A DNA stretch of 64,000 nt from an uncultured archaeon (lineage in GTDB: Archaea > Asgardarchaeota > Lokiarchaeia > Sigyniarchaeales > SOKP01). Below, one piece after another: positions 39,162-49,326 of the stretch; position 1 is the stretch's first letter, and each line of letters begins with the position of its first letter. The DNA is taken from the NCBI GenBank assembly GCA_964508365.1, contig CAZDTP010000007.1, forward strand, positions 1 to 64,000. Reading direction: 5' to 3'. Below the pieces are notes generated by a model. That model ran no database searches. It saw nothing but the letters and a program-made list of their open reading frames with translations, and was not told the DNA's origin. Made by a program: the position numbers and the translations under genes.

Positions 39162-40271
39162 TTATTTCCAGAATTCAGCAGAAGAACTGAACCTTTTAAT
39201 GTTGGAAAAAGGACAAGCAGCAATACAATTCCCACAATCACCTGAATTTTTGATCCAAAAATCAAAGCACTTTTCTACATCGACATAGTACTTTTTAACA
39301 CATGAATTGTTAGAAATCGTAGCTGGTTCAAAAGTCGGGTCGATTTCTTTTGTAATTGCGCCGGTTTCACAAGCTTCAGCGCATTTATAGCAAGTTTTAC
39401 AGAATTTCTCAACTTTTTTAACAAAATCCAAGTTCAAATCATCAGTTATTAAAGGCATATCTGTAAAAACTTTACAAATTCTAACTCTTGGACCATATTC
39501 TGGTGTAAGCAACAATCCATTTCTACCTAATGCTCCTAAACCTGCATCAATTGCCAGGGGTATACTAAGTGCAGTATCGTTACCACATTGGATCGCTCGA
39601 TATCCTAAATTTCTGATAAATTCACCTAAACAGGCAATTGCAAAAGCCATTTTTGAATAACCTACGGCTGCTGCAGCCGAGGCTGGTTGAGCAGGAGCAG
39701 TAGAAATTGCTATTTGATCCATTTCGATCGCCATAACAATAACTTTATTTATCCCCTTTGGTAAATTAATTGGGCTTTCTAATATAGAATTAGATGCATC
39801 ACCTTTTCTAATTCTTTCTTTTGAATCTGCTTCGCTGGTTAATGCAGGTCTTATAAAACCAGTTTTATAAATCCATCTTTCGTTAACATCTGCAATACCA
39901 ACTAGTGATGCTCCATAAAATTTAGCTGCTTTTTTCGTCTTTTCAGTAAATGCTTTTAAATCCTTAACAGGATACTTTTCTCTCATCCAGTCTATACCAT
40001 ATCCTATGTCTATTAATTCTTCTCTATGCCAACTGAAAGCAAAAGGAAATTTTTCGTAAACAGTCCATCCTGCAGCAACCAGTGCAAAATCAAGACGAGA
40101 ATACCCATCTTCACCCGAGTTAATATGATTGTCTATATTATACTCGAACATTTTCCCATAAGTAGGCAATGATTTATCCCATAATCTCCTATAAATCATA
40201 TTATACTTCTGATCGAAGCGACGGTATGAATTCTCGTCAATTTCATAGGGAGAATCTTTTTTTGTTTGCAA
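39162..40271 (-). CDS. rdhA: Reductive dehalogenase-like cobalamin/Fe-S protein
   Basis: RRFDQK N-motif, KFYGASLVGIA, AIEMD, AGLGALGRNGLLLTPEYGPRVR, CKTCYKCAEAC and CGNCIAACP ferredoxin motifs. Confidence 0.85.
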   Translation of the reverse strand: MQTKKDSPYEIDENSYRRFDQKYNMIYRRLWDKSLPTYGKMFEYNIDNHINSGEDGYSRLDFALVAAGWTVYEKFPFAFSWHREELIDIGYGIDWMREKYPVKDLKAFTEKTKKAAKFYGASLVGIADVNERWIYKTGFIRPALTSEADSKERIRKGDASNSILESPINLPKGINKVIVMAIEMDQIAISTAPAQPASAAAAVGYSKMAFAIACLGEFIRNLGYRAIQCGNDTALSIPLAIDAGLGALGRNGLLLTPEYGPRVRICKVFTDMPLITDDLNLDFVKKVEKFCKTCYKCAEACETGAITKEIDPTFEPATISNNSCVKKYYVDVEKCFDFWIKNSGDCGNCIAACPFSNIKRFSSSAEFWK

Positions 40272-40406
40272 CTCAATCCTTCTTCTTTATTAAATTCTTT
40301 TTTTACTACTTCTTTAAAAGAGTTAAGTCTATTATATATTATTTTAAACCATGAAATATAAAATTTTAAGAAGAAATTTATAAGTTAAAATATCATAATT
40401 CTTTCT

Positions 40407-40700
40407 ATGCCGATATATATTCTTGCAACTAAACTTCAAAACCCAAATTTAGTAAAAAACCGTAAGGAACATGGTGAAGAATATCTAAAATTAGTCAAAG
40501 AAAAAGTTCCGAATGTTAAATGGATTGCTCATTACGCAATATTAGGACCATATGATTTTATAGATATTTTTGAAGCAGATAACGAACATGATGCAGCGAA
40601 AGTTTCTTTACTTTCTCGAACTGCAGGAGCTGCTTTTGCAGAAAGCTGGACCGCCATTAAATACCCCGAATTTCTTAAATTAGTGGAAGATTTAGAGTAA
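40407..40700 (+). CDS. GYD domain protein
   Basis: YAILGPYDFIDIFEA motif and WTAI near the C-terminus. Confidence 0.85.
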   Translation: MPIYILATKLQNPNLVKNRKEHGEEYLKLVKEKVPNVKWIAHYAILGPYDFIDIFEADNEHDAAKVSLLSRTAGAAFAESWTAIKYPEFLKLVEDLE

Positions 40701-40718
40701 AAAAAATATTGTTCACTT

Positions 40719-41087
40719 ATGAAGAGGTTTATAGTACAAATAGGATCAGGCGTAGATCAACACGGACATAATGATGATTGCACTAATGCCGCAATAAAGG
40801 CAGTTAAAAACGCAATTTCAAATAACTGCCTTACAGGTCTATTGGAGATTTGTGGTATAAAAGAACCAAGCGATCTTCAAAAAATGATCGTACATGTGAA
40901 GATTGGAGCACCTTATCCCGAAAATGTAAAAAGAGAAAAGATTTTACAAGCGATTCCATTTGGTTCCAAATCAATTGAGATAGAAAAAGGAGGTTTAGTT
41001 GCAACAGGGATAATGGTTAAAAAATTAGGGGATACCACTGATAAAATAATTGTCTGTAATGCGGCTGTAACTGTATCGATCCTATAA
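40719..41087 (+). CDS. Lin0512 family protein
   Basis: GSGVDQHG..DCTNAAIKAVKNAI, AIPFG, GGL, NAAVTV. Confidence 0.8.
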   Translation: MKRFIVQIGSGVDQHGHNDDCTNAAIKAVKNAISNNCLTGLLEICGIKEPSDLQKMIVHVKIGAPYPENVKREKILQAIPFGSKSIEIEKGGLVATGIMVKKLGDTTDKIIVCNAAVTVSIL

Positions 41088-41122
41088 AAAAAAGGAAGTA
41101 CCGAAAAAGGAGAAACTATAAG

Positions 41123-41695
41123 ATGGTGAAAAGATGCAAATGGGCAGATTATAATGATTTGATGAAGGAATATCATGATAAAGAATGGGGGACACCTCAA
41201 CATAATGACAAAATGCTCTACGAACTCTTGATTTTGGAAGGAATGCAAGCTGGTTTAAGCTGGAACACAGTGCTTCAAAAACGAGACAATTTTAGAAAAG
41301 CGTTTGATAATTTTAACTATAATAAAATTATAGGATATAAAGAAAACAAAATCGAGGAATTGATGCGAAACGAAGGAATAATTCGAAATCGATTAAAGAT
41401 TCAATCCGTAATCACAAACGCTAAATCCTTTATTAAAATTCAAGAAGAATTTGGTTCATTTAATAAATATGTATGGGATTTTGTGAATAATACATCAGTT
41501 CATAATTCTTGGAAAAAGTTAGAAGATTTACCTTCAAACACTGAACTTTCAAACAGAATTAGCAAAGATATGAAAAAAAGAGGATTTAAATTTGTCGGAT
41601 CGACAATAATATACTCCTTTTTACAAGCTATTGGAGTTGTAAATGACCATACAACTGATTGCTTTCGATACAGCGAATTGATTAATTCTTCTTAG
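41123..41695 (+). CDS. tag: DNA-3-methyladenine glycosylase I
   Basis: RCKWA, YHDKEWG, LEGMQAGLSW, IIRNRLKI, GVVNDH...C. Confidence 0.95.
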   Translation: MVKRCKWADYNDLMKEYHDKEWGTPQHNDKMLYELLILEGMQAGLSWNTVLQKRDNFRKAFDNFNYNKIIGYKENKIEELMRNEGIIRNRLKIQSVITNAKSFIKIQEEFGSFNKYVWDFVNNTSVHNSWKKLEDLPSNTELSNRISKDMKKRGFKFVGSTIIYSFLQAIGVVNDHTTDCFRYSELINSS

Positions 41696-41697
41696 TG

Positions 41698-42999
41698 CTA
41701 ATTTAAATTCTGTAAACCAATTTCTTTTTCTGCATATTCCTTTAACGCTATCCATTGGGCAGCTGTTGTTCCATAATATTTAAATACAGCGATACCTAAA
41801 CCAAAATTGAACCCTCTCATTTGTTTTAGCATTTCCTCTGGGTTACATTCGACAGAATTTGTAACTGCTAACACAGGGCTTTTAAATTCGTGAATTCTTT
41901 TCTTCATATTCCTTCTGAAATACCAATAGAAAAGATTTCCAACTTTCTCCCAATACCATCCATCGTTTCGCGTTCCCATTAAATAGGGATATTCCATAGG
42001 AGATACGACATCTAAAATTGAAGATAATTGTGTCCAATCTTGCCCTAATCTTTTTTGAGAAAACATCTTCTTAGGACCAGGAAGACAAAACCATCCTGAA
42101 GTACAATCTTTATTTGTCTTCTTTATGACTGTTTGTAGCTTTCGGGCGTAATTTGCTATCGTATCAGACTTAAAATCATACCATTCATGGCTTTTTAATA
42201 TTTTAGCTTTAAATCCATAATTTTTATTAAATTTCTCTATACATCGATCACAACAGCATAAATCAGTAAAAGCTCCATCATATCTAATATAATCAGCGAA
42301 GAAACCACTCACCGAATAGTTTTTTACGACTTCTTCTGTTAGGTCTAAAAGATAATTAACATGTTTGCTATTAGGGCACATAAAACTAGTAGTAGGGATA
42401 TATCCTTCCCCTCTAGCTCCCCTTGCTTTTCCTAACTTTTCATCAATCTTTTCAGTAAGAAAGGGCACTTTCTTTTTATAGTCTTTAAATGACACACCCT
42501 CAGGCAAATTAATTCTCATCTCACCTTCGTTGTGGGTCGATATTTCCCCTTTCTTGTAGTGAATTCCAGATTTTTTGCCCGTTGTCCCATGTATGCTAAC
42601 ACGGTCAGGGTGGGTAACACCTTGGTAAGCATCGTTCATACTTGTAAACGAAACCATTATCCTTATATTGCTATCTTTACCCACATCACAGAATTCCCCT
42701 AAAATGTCTCTATTGATGGGATTCCATCCAACTGACGTATCCCAAATACACGCTCCGTCCGTATCTTTAATAACAAGTCCTAAGACATTAAAATGGCTTT
42801 CTTCTAATTTATCCATGACTTCTTTTACATTCAATTCTTTCTCAGCATATTCGTAATTTAACTTTCGAAATCCACTTGAACCCCTTACGGGCATTAAGCC
42901 CATTGCATAAATTTTCTTTGCCTTAAAAGCAGATTTTAATGCTGATACTTTTTCTGGATTGGATTTATAATAATCTGACCAATTAAATACGCCTTTCAT
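41698..42999 (-). CDS. Putative glycoside-hydrolase-like TIM-barrel protein (GHL/DUF4015-like)
   Basis: VIKDTDG, FMCPNS, GFFADYIRYD, CCCDRC, DVVSPMEYP. Confidence 0.6.
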   Translation of the reverse strand: MKGVFNWSDYYKSNPEKVSALKSAFKAKKIYAMGLMPVRGSSGFRKLNYEYAEKELNVKEVMDKLEESHFNVLGLVIKDTDGACIWDTSVGWNPINRDILGEFCDVGKDSNIRIMVSFTSMNDAYQGVTHPDRVSIHGTTGKKSGIHYKKGEISTHNEGEMRINLPEGVSFKDYKKKVPFLTEKIDEKLGKARGARGEGYIPTTSFMCPNSKHVNYLLDLTEEVVKNYSVSGFFADYIRYDGAFTDLCCCDRCIEKFNKNYGFKAKILKSHEWYDFKSDTIANYARKLQTVIKKTNKDCTSGWFCLPGPKKMFSQKRLGQDWTQLSSILDVVSPMEYPYLMGTRNDGWYWEKVGNLFYWYFRRNMKKRIHEFKSPVLAVTNSVECNPEEMLKQMRGFNFGLGIAVFKYYGTTAAQWIALKEYAEKEIGLQNLN

Positions 43000-43288
43000 A
43001 TTATCTCAATACTAATTTACTCTCTATTTTTCAAGTAACATCTTAAAGAGACACATAAAATAGATAATTTTATCTTCAAATTCGATAATTATTTAAAACA
43101 ATTCTTATAGTAAATTTTTAAGGTTATCAGAATTTTTAATAATACAATCATTAAAACATTTATTTATATATTCTAGAACGATTATTTATAATTGAAATCA
43201 TATTAAAATATATACTTATCACATCGATTTAATAGAAAAGACAAAACAATCAAGAATGATACTTTTATTTGGAGAAAAATGAACAAAA

Positions 43289-43813
43289 ATGTACGATGCT
43301 ACCTTTAAAATAATAATTTTCGGGGATGCGGGTTGTGGGAAAACAACTCTAACTCAAAGATTTTTAACAAATTTATTTATATCAGATCAAACCATGACGA
43401 TCGGAGTTGACTTTGAAGTAAAAAGCCTAGCAGTTGACGAACAAAAAGTAAAATTACAAATTTGGGATTTTGGAGGGGAAGAAAGGTTTAGGTTTTTACT
43501 CCCCACATATGTGAGAGGTGCTCGTGGTGGTTTGTTCTTATACGATATTACTAATTTTTCCTCAATTGCTCACATTGACGATTGGCTCAGCATTATACGA
43601 AAGGAAATAAGAGCTGAAGAGATATTTCCCATTATAGTTGTCGGAGGAAAGGCAGATTTAGTAGAAAGCAGAGAAGTCGCATCTGCTGAAGGTATTAAGA
43701 TTGCAAAATCAAGAAATACAAATGGTTTTATTGAAACAAGCTCTAAAACTGGAGAAAATGTAGAAAAAACCTTTGAAGCATTAACGAGATTAATGCTTAA
43801 TGACGCAAGATAG
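43289..43813 (+). CDS. Rab-like small GTPase with atypical G3/G4
   Basis: GDAGCGKT, TIGVDF, WDFGGEE, GKAD, TSSK. Confidence 0.92.
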   Translation: MYDATFKIIIFGDAGCGKTTLTQRFLTNLFISDQTMTIGVDFEVKSLAVDEQKVKLQIWDFGGEERFRFLLPTYVRGARGGLFLYDITNFSSIAHIDDWLSIIRKEIRAEEIFPIIVVGGKADLVESREVASAEGIKIAKSRNTNGFIETSSKTGENVEKTFEALTRLMLNDAR

Positions 43814-43883
43814 AGATTAAATAATTATACTCTACATATTAAATCATTTATTTGCAAAAAAAGCACTACTACTTATAACAATA

Positions 43884-44750
43884 TTATCTATTTATGATTT
43901 CAGTAATTTTTTCGGGTTCTTTAGTATTAATCCTCCGATTTAACACCATTGTCTGATACTCCATGTCCTTTTTATATTGGTTCGCATACCTAATTAACTG
44001 CTCGATAATTTCAATTTCTTCTTCTGCATCACTAATACGATACCCTCCAAAATTGGGTATTTCAGCGTAGTCCTTTTTTAGAATTTCTTGAAGCTCGCTG
44101 GGTAACACATCGGTTCTATCTTTTAATGCTGAATTTATAGCGTCAATTAAATCTCTATATATCTCCTGTTTGCCGAACTGACATAAAACGCATTTCGAGC
44201 TTCTATTTTTAAGAATATATAGTATTATAATACCAATTAAGTATCTAAAAGATTCGACTACTTCATTGAAGATACCTTTTTTCATGTATTTTTTCACGAT
44301 AATTTCTGCAATTGAGTATAAACTTGAGAAATATATGGCTCTGTAAAAATAGGCGGGATCAACACAGAACAATCGTGTGAACCAAAAGGGACTAGTTTCG
44401 TAAGGTGGATCTTCATGAAGGATATAGTTTACCAACCTTCCGTCCCGTTCTTTATATAGTGTCCTTTCTTTTTTTAGGATATTTAAATAGGTAGAAATAG
44501 TGGACCGAGCGATATCTTTAAAAAATTTCTTATACTCTAATTCTACGTCACGTGTTGTGACTTTTTTTTTCCCCTCGAGAAAGAATTTAAGCATGATGCC
44601 TAAAATTCGATTCTCGTGAAGGCGTCCGGTCTTTATCTGTTGTTCTTCTGATTCATCTTCCCGTATGTTATAAATATCAATTAGTTCAGGAGCGATTTCG
44701 TGAATTATTTTTTCTAAGATATAAATATTTAATTCAGTAATTTCTAACAA
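43884..44750 (-). CDS. Hypothetical protein with an N-terminal winged-helix domain
   Basis: VTTRDV...IARSTISTYLNIL...LYKERDGRLVNYIL. Confidence 0.65.
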   Translation of the reverse strand: MLEITELNIYILEKIIHEIAPELIDIYNIREDESEEQQIKTGRLHENRILGIMLKFFLEGKKKVTTRDVELEYKKFFKDIARSTISTYLNILKKERTLYKERDGRLVNYILHEDPPYETSPFWFTRLFCVDPAYFYRAIYFSSLYSIAEIIVKKYMKKGIFNEVVESFRYLIGIIILYILKNRSSKCVLCQFGKQEIYRDLIDAINSALKDRTDVLPSELQEILKKDYAEIPNFGGYRISDAEEEIEIIEQLIRYANQYKKDMEYQTMVLNRRINTKEPEKITEIINR

Positions 44751-44956
44751 TCCTCAAAATTGATATTTAGTTAACTTATTAAAAAAAATGTAAACTTTTA
44801 ATAATATTTATTCTAGTTGAATAGAATATTAATTCTATCTAATAAAACTACTATAAATATGGTAAGTTTAGGAATTTTTTCATAATAATATTCAAAATTT
44901 AAAAAATCTATAACAATTAAATAAATTCTAGTTTTTTAGGACTTCTTAAGTGGTGG

Positions 44957-46747
44957 CTATTGACCGTATTTTTCTTTCCAGATAGGGTCGTTTATTTGGA
45001 GAGCACGCCGTTGAACCTTCCCTATGATGTTTTTTGGCAAATCCCCAATGATAGCAATACTTTGAGGTACCTTATAATGAGCCATATTTTCTTTAGCCCA
45101 TTCTTTGATCGAATGTGGTGATAAATCAGAGTCTTCCCTTATCGAAACCCAAGCTTTTATCAATTCTCCTGACTGATCATCAGGTAAACCCGATACAGCG
45201 ACTTCTAAGATATCCGGGTGTTTCATTAAGAGTTCCTCTACTTCTTTTGGAAAGACTGAAAAACCTTTGAACTTAATTAATTGTTTCTTACGGTCCCTAA
45301 TTTCAATTGTCCCATCCTCATTCATGAATCCAATATCACCCGTTAGCAACCATTTTTTTCCGTTGTATTCAATTAAAGTTTCAGCTGTCTCCTCGGGTTG
45401 GTCCAAATACCCTTTCATTATCTGAGGACCAAAAATACATATTTCTCCAGTATGCTCAACTCCAAAATTAGTATCATCGGGATTTCCTAAACAAATCGGT
45501 CCTTTAGAAAAATCATCTGAGTGAAAAATACCCCATCCTGTTCCTGGAAAAGGCATACCTATTACCTCAACCGGACTCTCCCCAAATAAATTGCCTGCAC
45601 TTACAGCGGGACTGGCTTCACTTAATCCATATCCTTCCACAATTCTCCCTCCCGTGTTTGTAACGAACGCGTCTCGCACTTGTTTATGTAAAGGTCCAGC
45701 GCTAGAAATACATAATTTAAATTTTCCCATTACTCCTGGATATCTTCTATTCAAATCTTTTAATTCGGCAAGCTTTATAAACAAAATTTCTGCCCCCGCG
45801 TATATCAAACCTTCCGAACATGGTAGCTTCTCTATTAGCTCACATAGCTCGTCTTGAGATGGTGGTGATGGGAAGAGCATCATCCAACCACCTATTGCAA
45901 TAGAAGTGTTCATGACAATCGTGTGAGCAAAACTATGGAATAAAGGGAGTATGCCTATATTTCCTATATCTGGCATTTCCCCTCCTAACCACAGCTTGCA
46001 TTGTTCTGCATTCGATACTACATTAAAATGGGTTAATACTGCAGCTTTCGGTAAACCTGTGGTTCCTCCTGTCATAATAAATGTGGCCGCATCCTTTTTT
46101 GCGTCAATATTTATGTTTATATCGGCATCTCTTGGTTCAGTTTTCATAAGATCTTTGAATTTGATTGCTCCTTCGCAATCACATTTTCCTGTTGGAATTT
46201 TTTTTAAGAACTTTCCAAGAACTTTCTTAATTCCAAACATCTGAACTAAATCAACAAGGTTGCTATAAACTACAATTTCAATATCTGTATTTCCAATTAT
46301 GGGGCTGATGTAAGATTCATATAACGAATCCAACGCAATTAGCATTTTAGGTTTAACAATATGTATTTGATGTAAAATTTCAATAGGCTGGTATGTTGGA
46401 TTTATACCAGTGGCAATTGCTCCTATCCGCGTAATAGCATAGTAAGACACGATATATTGAATGCAATTTGGTAGATGGATAGCTACGACGTCACCCTTCT
46501 TAATCCCTAAATCCACTAAAGCAGTAGCTAACCGCTTAACATAATCTTGAAATTGCTTATAAGTTACCCACGTGTCGAGAAACCATATTAGATTATGATC
46601 TGGATACTTCTCAACTTGACCATCTAACATCTCATTCAAGGATTTTTCTTCAAACTCTGCGTTGTATGGCACACTTTTTGGCCACCACTTTTGAAACCAT
46701 CTCTTATTCTCGTCAATTTGGTATGGTTTGTTTTTACTAGTATACAT
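44957..46747 (-). CDS. Long-chain fatty acid-CoA ligase
   Basis: MTGGTTGLPK, EGYGLSE, TGDIG, RDRKKQLIK, C-terminal GKV Lys. Confidence 0.92.
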   Translation of the reverse strand: MYTSKNKPYQIDENKRWFQKWWPKSVPYNAEFEEKSLNEMLDGQVEKYPDHNLIWFLDTWVTYKQFQDYVKRLATALVDLGIKKGDVVAIHLPNCIQYIVSYYAITRIGAIATGINPTYQPIEILHQIHIVKPKMLIALDSLYESYISPIIGNTDIEIVVYSNLVDLVQMFGIKKVLGKFLKKIPTGKCDCEGAIKFKDLMKTEPRDADININIDAKKDAATFIMTGGTTGLPKAAVLTHFNVVSNAEQCKLWLGGEMPDIGNIGILPLFHSFAHTIVMNTSIAIGGWMMLFPSPPSQDELCELIEKLPCSEGLIYAGAEILFIKLAELKDLNRRYPGVMGKFKLCISSAGPLHKQVRDAFVTNTGGRIVEGYGLSEASPAVSAGNLFGESPVEVIGMPFPGTGWGIFHSDDFSKGPICLGNPDDTNFGVEHTGEICIFGPQIMKGYLDQPEETAETLIEYNGKKWLLTGDIGFMNEDGTIEIRDRKKQLIKFKGFSVFPKEVEELLMKHPDILEVAVSGLPDDQSGELIKAWVSIREDSDLSPHSIKEWAKENMAHYKVPQSIAIIGDLPKNIIGKVQRRALQINDPIWKEKYGQ

Positions 46748-46887
46748 TTCACGTCTTACCTTATTTTTTCTAATAATAATTGAATAAGATAATTTTGATA
46801 ACTCTGAATTTAAAATTATCCTTAACGATATTAAAGCCAGAAAAATAAAAAAATAAAAAAAAGAGTGGTATTTAATTTGATTGAGTC

Positions 46888-49014
46888 CTAAAATCTCGAA
46901 TCTTTACGCCTTTTAATTAAAATAGTAGCAACACCAAGTAAACCTACACCAGCAACCAAGAGAATTAAAGCCCAGAAACCTGTGGCTTCAAAAACCATGA
47001 ACACGCTGAACGTAGGATCGTGCCATATACCACTTCCTTTTTCGAACATTGGGAAGCAAATAGCGTAAACCATAACGCTAAGGGTAACATTTAAGCCAAT
47101 ATCGGCAGCAAAAGTATCTACTTCACCTGGTGTTCCTTCGAAAGTCTCATGCTTATCTTTTTCAACTTCAAACAAAGCAACTGGAAGGATGCTCGTGTTT
47201 GCAGGTGCACTCGTAATTGTTCCTTCCGGACCATAGAGGTAATCAGGTCCAGCGATATCGACAAAAGCTAATTTTTCCCTTATATTCTGAGGTAAATAAT
47301 TACCAATCTTAAGCGAACGAGTTGTTTCGTCGTAATCTTCTGCGGGATCTAATGCTTCGAGGGGGTCGTCACCAATAGTGTCGATTTTAAGGTGGAAGTG
47401 TAATACTGTTGAAACATAAACTATTGCGAGATCTAATCCAGCAATAGGGTTATTTGCACCTGGTGCATCAGGTCCGTTCCAAGGAGCAAAGAATTGATCT
47501 AACTTTACAGCACCATGTAAAACAGGTATCTTACTACCATCAGCAGCATCTAATTCTTCGTGTTTTGGCTCAAAAGTAAATCCAAATTGTATATATGCTA
47601 GGGATTCTGGAGTAGCTCCTAAGTATGAATCTGATTCTATTCCAACAGGAACTGGATTAAGTGTGGCTTGTTTTAATGTTAAGCCCCAAGAAACCTTATT
47701 ACCATCTTTTATAGGCAAATTAAAATCAAATTCACTTACCGCACCAAGCATTAATCGATGAGTTAATTCCGATCCACGAGGAACCTCTATAGGACGTCCG
47801 TCTACTAAAATCGGATCACCAGCAGAATTGTTTAGTTGTATATAATTTGCAGATATTCTATTATCAAAATTCGTATCGTTATACAAGAAAGCTCCAGTTA
47901 AGTGATGTGTGAACAAGAAAAATTCTATATCTAAACCCTGAAAGATTGCAGCAGGATTAACAGGGCCGCTACCACCACCCAATAAATTCAAAATCTCGGC
48001 GACATCAATGTGTATTTCGAAATTTTTAACCCATAATTGAAATAGATCGAAAGTAAATTCGTTAATTTCCTTTTTAACATTAGCATAAACGTCAAATTCG
48101 GTTAATAACCACTCCATATAACTGTCTTGTCTAACTTGAGCGGTTAAGTTCCATGAATCTAATATTGTACTTCCTTCCGGAACTTCTGCTTCTAATGTGA
48201 AATCAGAATCATCTCTCCCATCTTCACCAGTAACTTTCCAAGTTTTACTAAGACCAAATCCTGCACCTGTTATAATTTCTAACTTCCGCCATGAAATTGG
48301 ATTTAATACAAACAACTCTTCGCCCGTAAAAATGTCGTTAATATGAATTAAAAACCAAGTAATCAACTCAACGCCCTTTTGAATTAATTTATCGGGAATT
48401 CCTCCAATAGTAGAAGGACCAGTTATTGTAGGACTTGAGGACATAGGACCACCCATGTAAGGTTGAATTTCAAGGAAAAAATCAATGATTTTTTTCACTG
48501 CATTGACAAAAGAGCCATCGTTATCCCATATAATTAAAGTAACTCCAGCACCTACGGTTAAATTATACTGGTATGTTCCAGAGGTTTCAACTTCGCAATA
48601 AGCATATCCATATTCACTCACATTATACGATCCTGCGATGTAATCAAAAGGAACCATGTAATATTCTTTCCTTGGACTGCTGAAATCTCTTAAGGCAGAA
48701 TAAGTATTTTCTTGTGTTGCGCTTAGCGCATACACTCCCGGCATGATTTCCTTACCGCTAAAGTTCGTTAATGTTTGCATAAACAACATTTCAAATACTG
48801 TCGCTAAAACATTACCCCCGGGACCTAAACCCCTAAACATCATACCAAATATGCTTCCAAAACCCCCGATAAGAGCAGTGGGTTCTAAATTTCCAAGTTG
48901 GTCGTAAGTATAATCATTGTCGTTTTCGTAACCAGCTACCATCATTGGCGTGGCTGTAAAAGAAGCTACCACTAATGTTATAACCATTAGACTTTTAGTG
49001 CTTACTTTTTTCAT
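46888..49014 (-). CDS. Large secreted, C-terminally membrane-anchored cell-surface protein
   Basis: Signal peptide MKKVSTKSLMVITLVVASFT, acidic beta-rich body, C-terminal TM followed by KRRK. Confidence 0.75.
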   Translation of the reverse strand: MKKVSTKSLMVITLVVASFTATPMMVAGYENDNDYTYDQLGNLEPTALIGGFGSIFGMMFRGLGPGGNVLATVFEMLFMQTLTNFSGKEIMPGVYALSATQENTYSALRDFSSPRKEYYMVPFDYIAGSYNVSEYGYAYCEVETSGTYQYNLTVGAGVTLIIWDNDGSFVNAVKKIIDFFLEIQPYMGGPMSSSPTITGPSTIGGIPDKLIQKGVELITWFLIHINDIFTGEELFVLNPISWRKLEIITGAGFGLSKTWKVTGEDGRDDSDFTLEAEVPEGSTILDSWNLTAQVRQDSYMEWLLTEFDVYANVKKEINEFTFDLFQLWVKNFEIHIDVAEILNLLGGGSGPVNPAAIFQGLDIEFFLFTHHLTGAFLYNDTNFDNRISANYIQLNNSAGDPILVDGRPIEVPRGSELTHRLMLGAVSEFDFNLPIKDGNKVSWGLTLKQATLNPVPVGIESDSYLGATPESLAYIQFGFTFEPKHEELDAADGSKIPVLHGAVKLDQFFAPWNGPDAPGANNPIAGLDLAIVYVSTVLHFHLKIDTIGDDPLEALDPAEDYDETTRSLKIGNYLPQNIREKLAFVDIAGPDYLYGPEGTITSAPANTSILPVALFEVEKDKHETFEGTPGEVDTFAADIGLNVTLSVMVYAICFPMFEKGSGIWHDPTFSVFMVFEATGFWALILLVAGVGLLGVATILIKRRKDSRF

Positions 49015-49326
49015 TATTTATGATCACATTGTTTTTTTTTAAATTTGGGTACTTAAAATAGGAATATCCTTTTTGTTTTTAATTGTTTATATTCTAATTC
49101 AATAGAAAATTTAAAATTAAGAGTTTTATCCTTACTAAATTTCGTGATTTCAGTATCATAAATTGTTTCGGTTAAATTAATTAATAATTTTGATATTTCT
49201 TTTAATTTAATGCATGGTTGATTTAATCCAATATCTAAATTAATTGTCCTTAATAAATTCTCTACAGATGATAATTAAACGGAGTAAAAAACAAGAAAAG
49301 TTGAAAATAAATGTAACAATTAAAAT

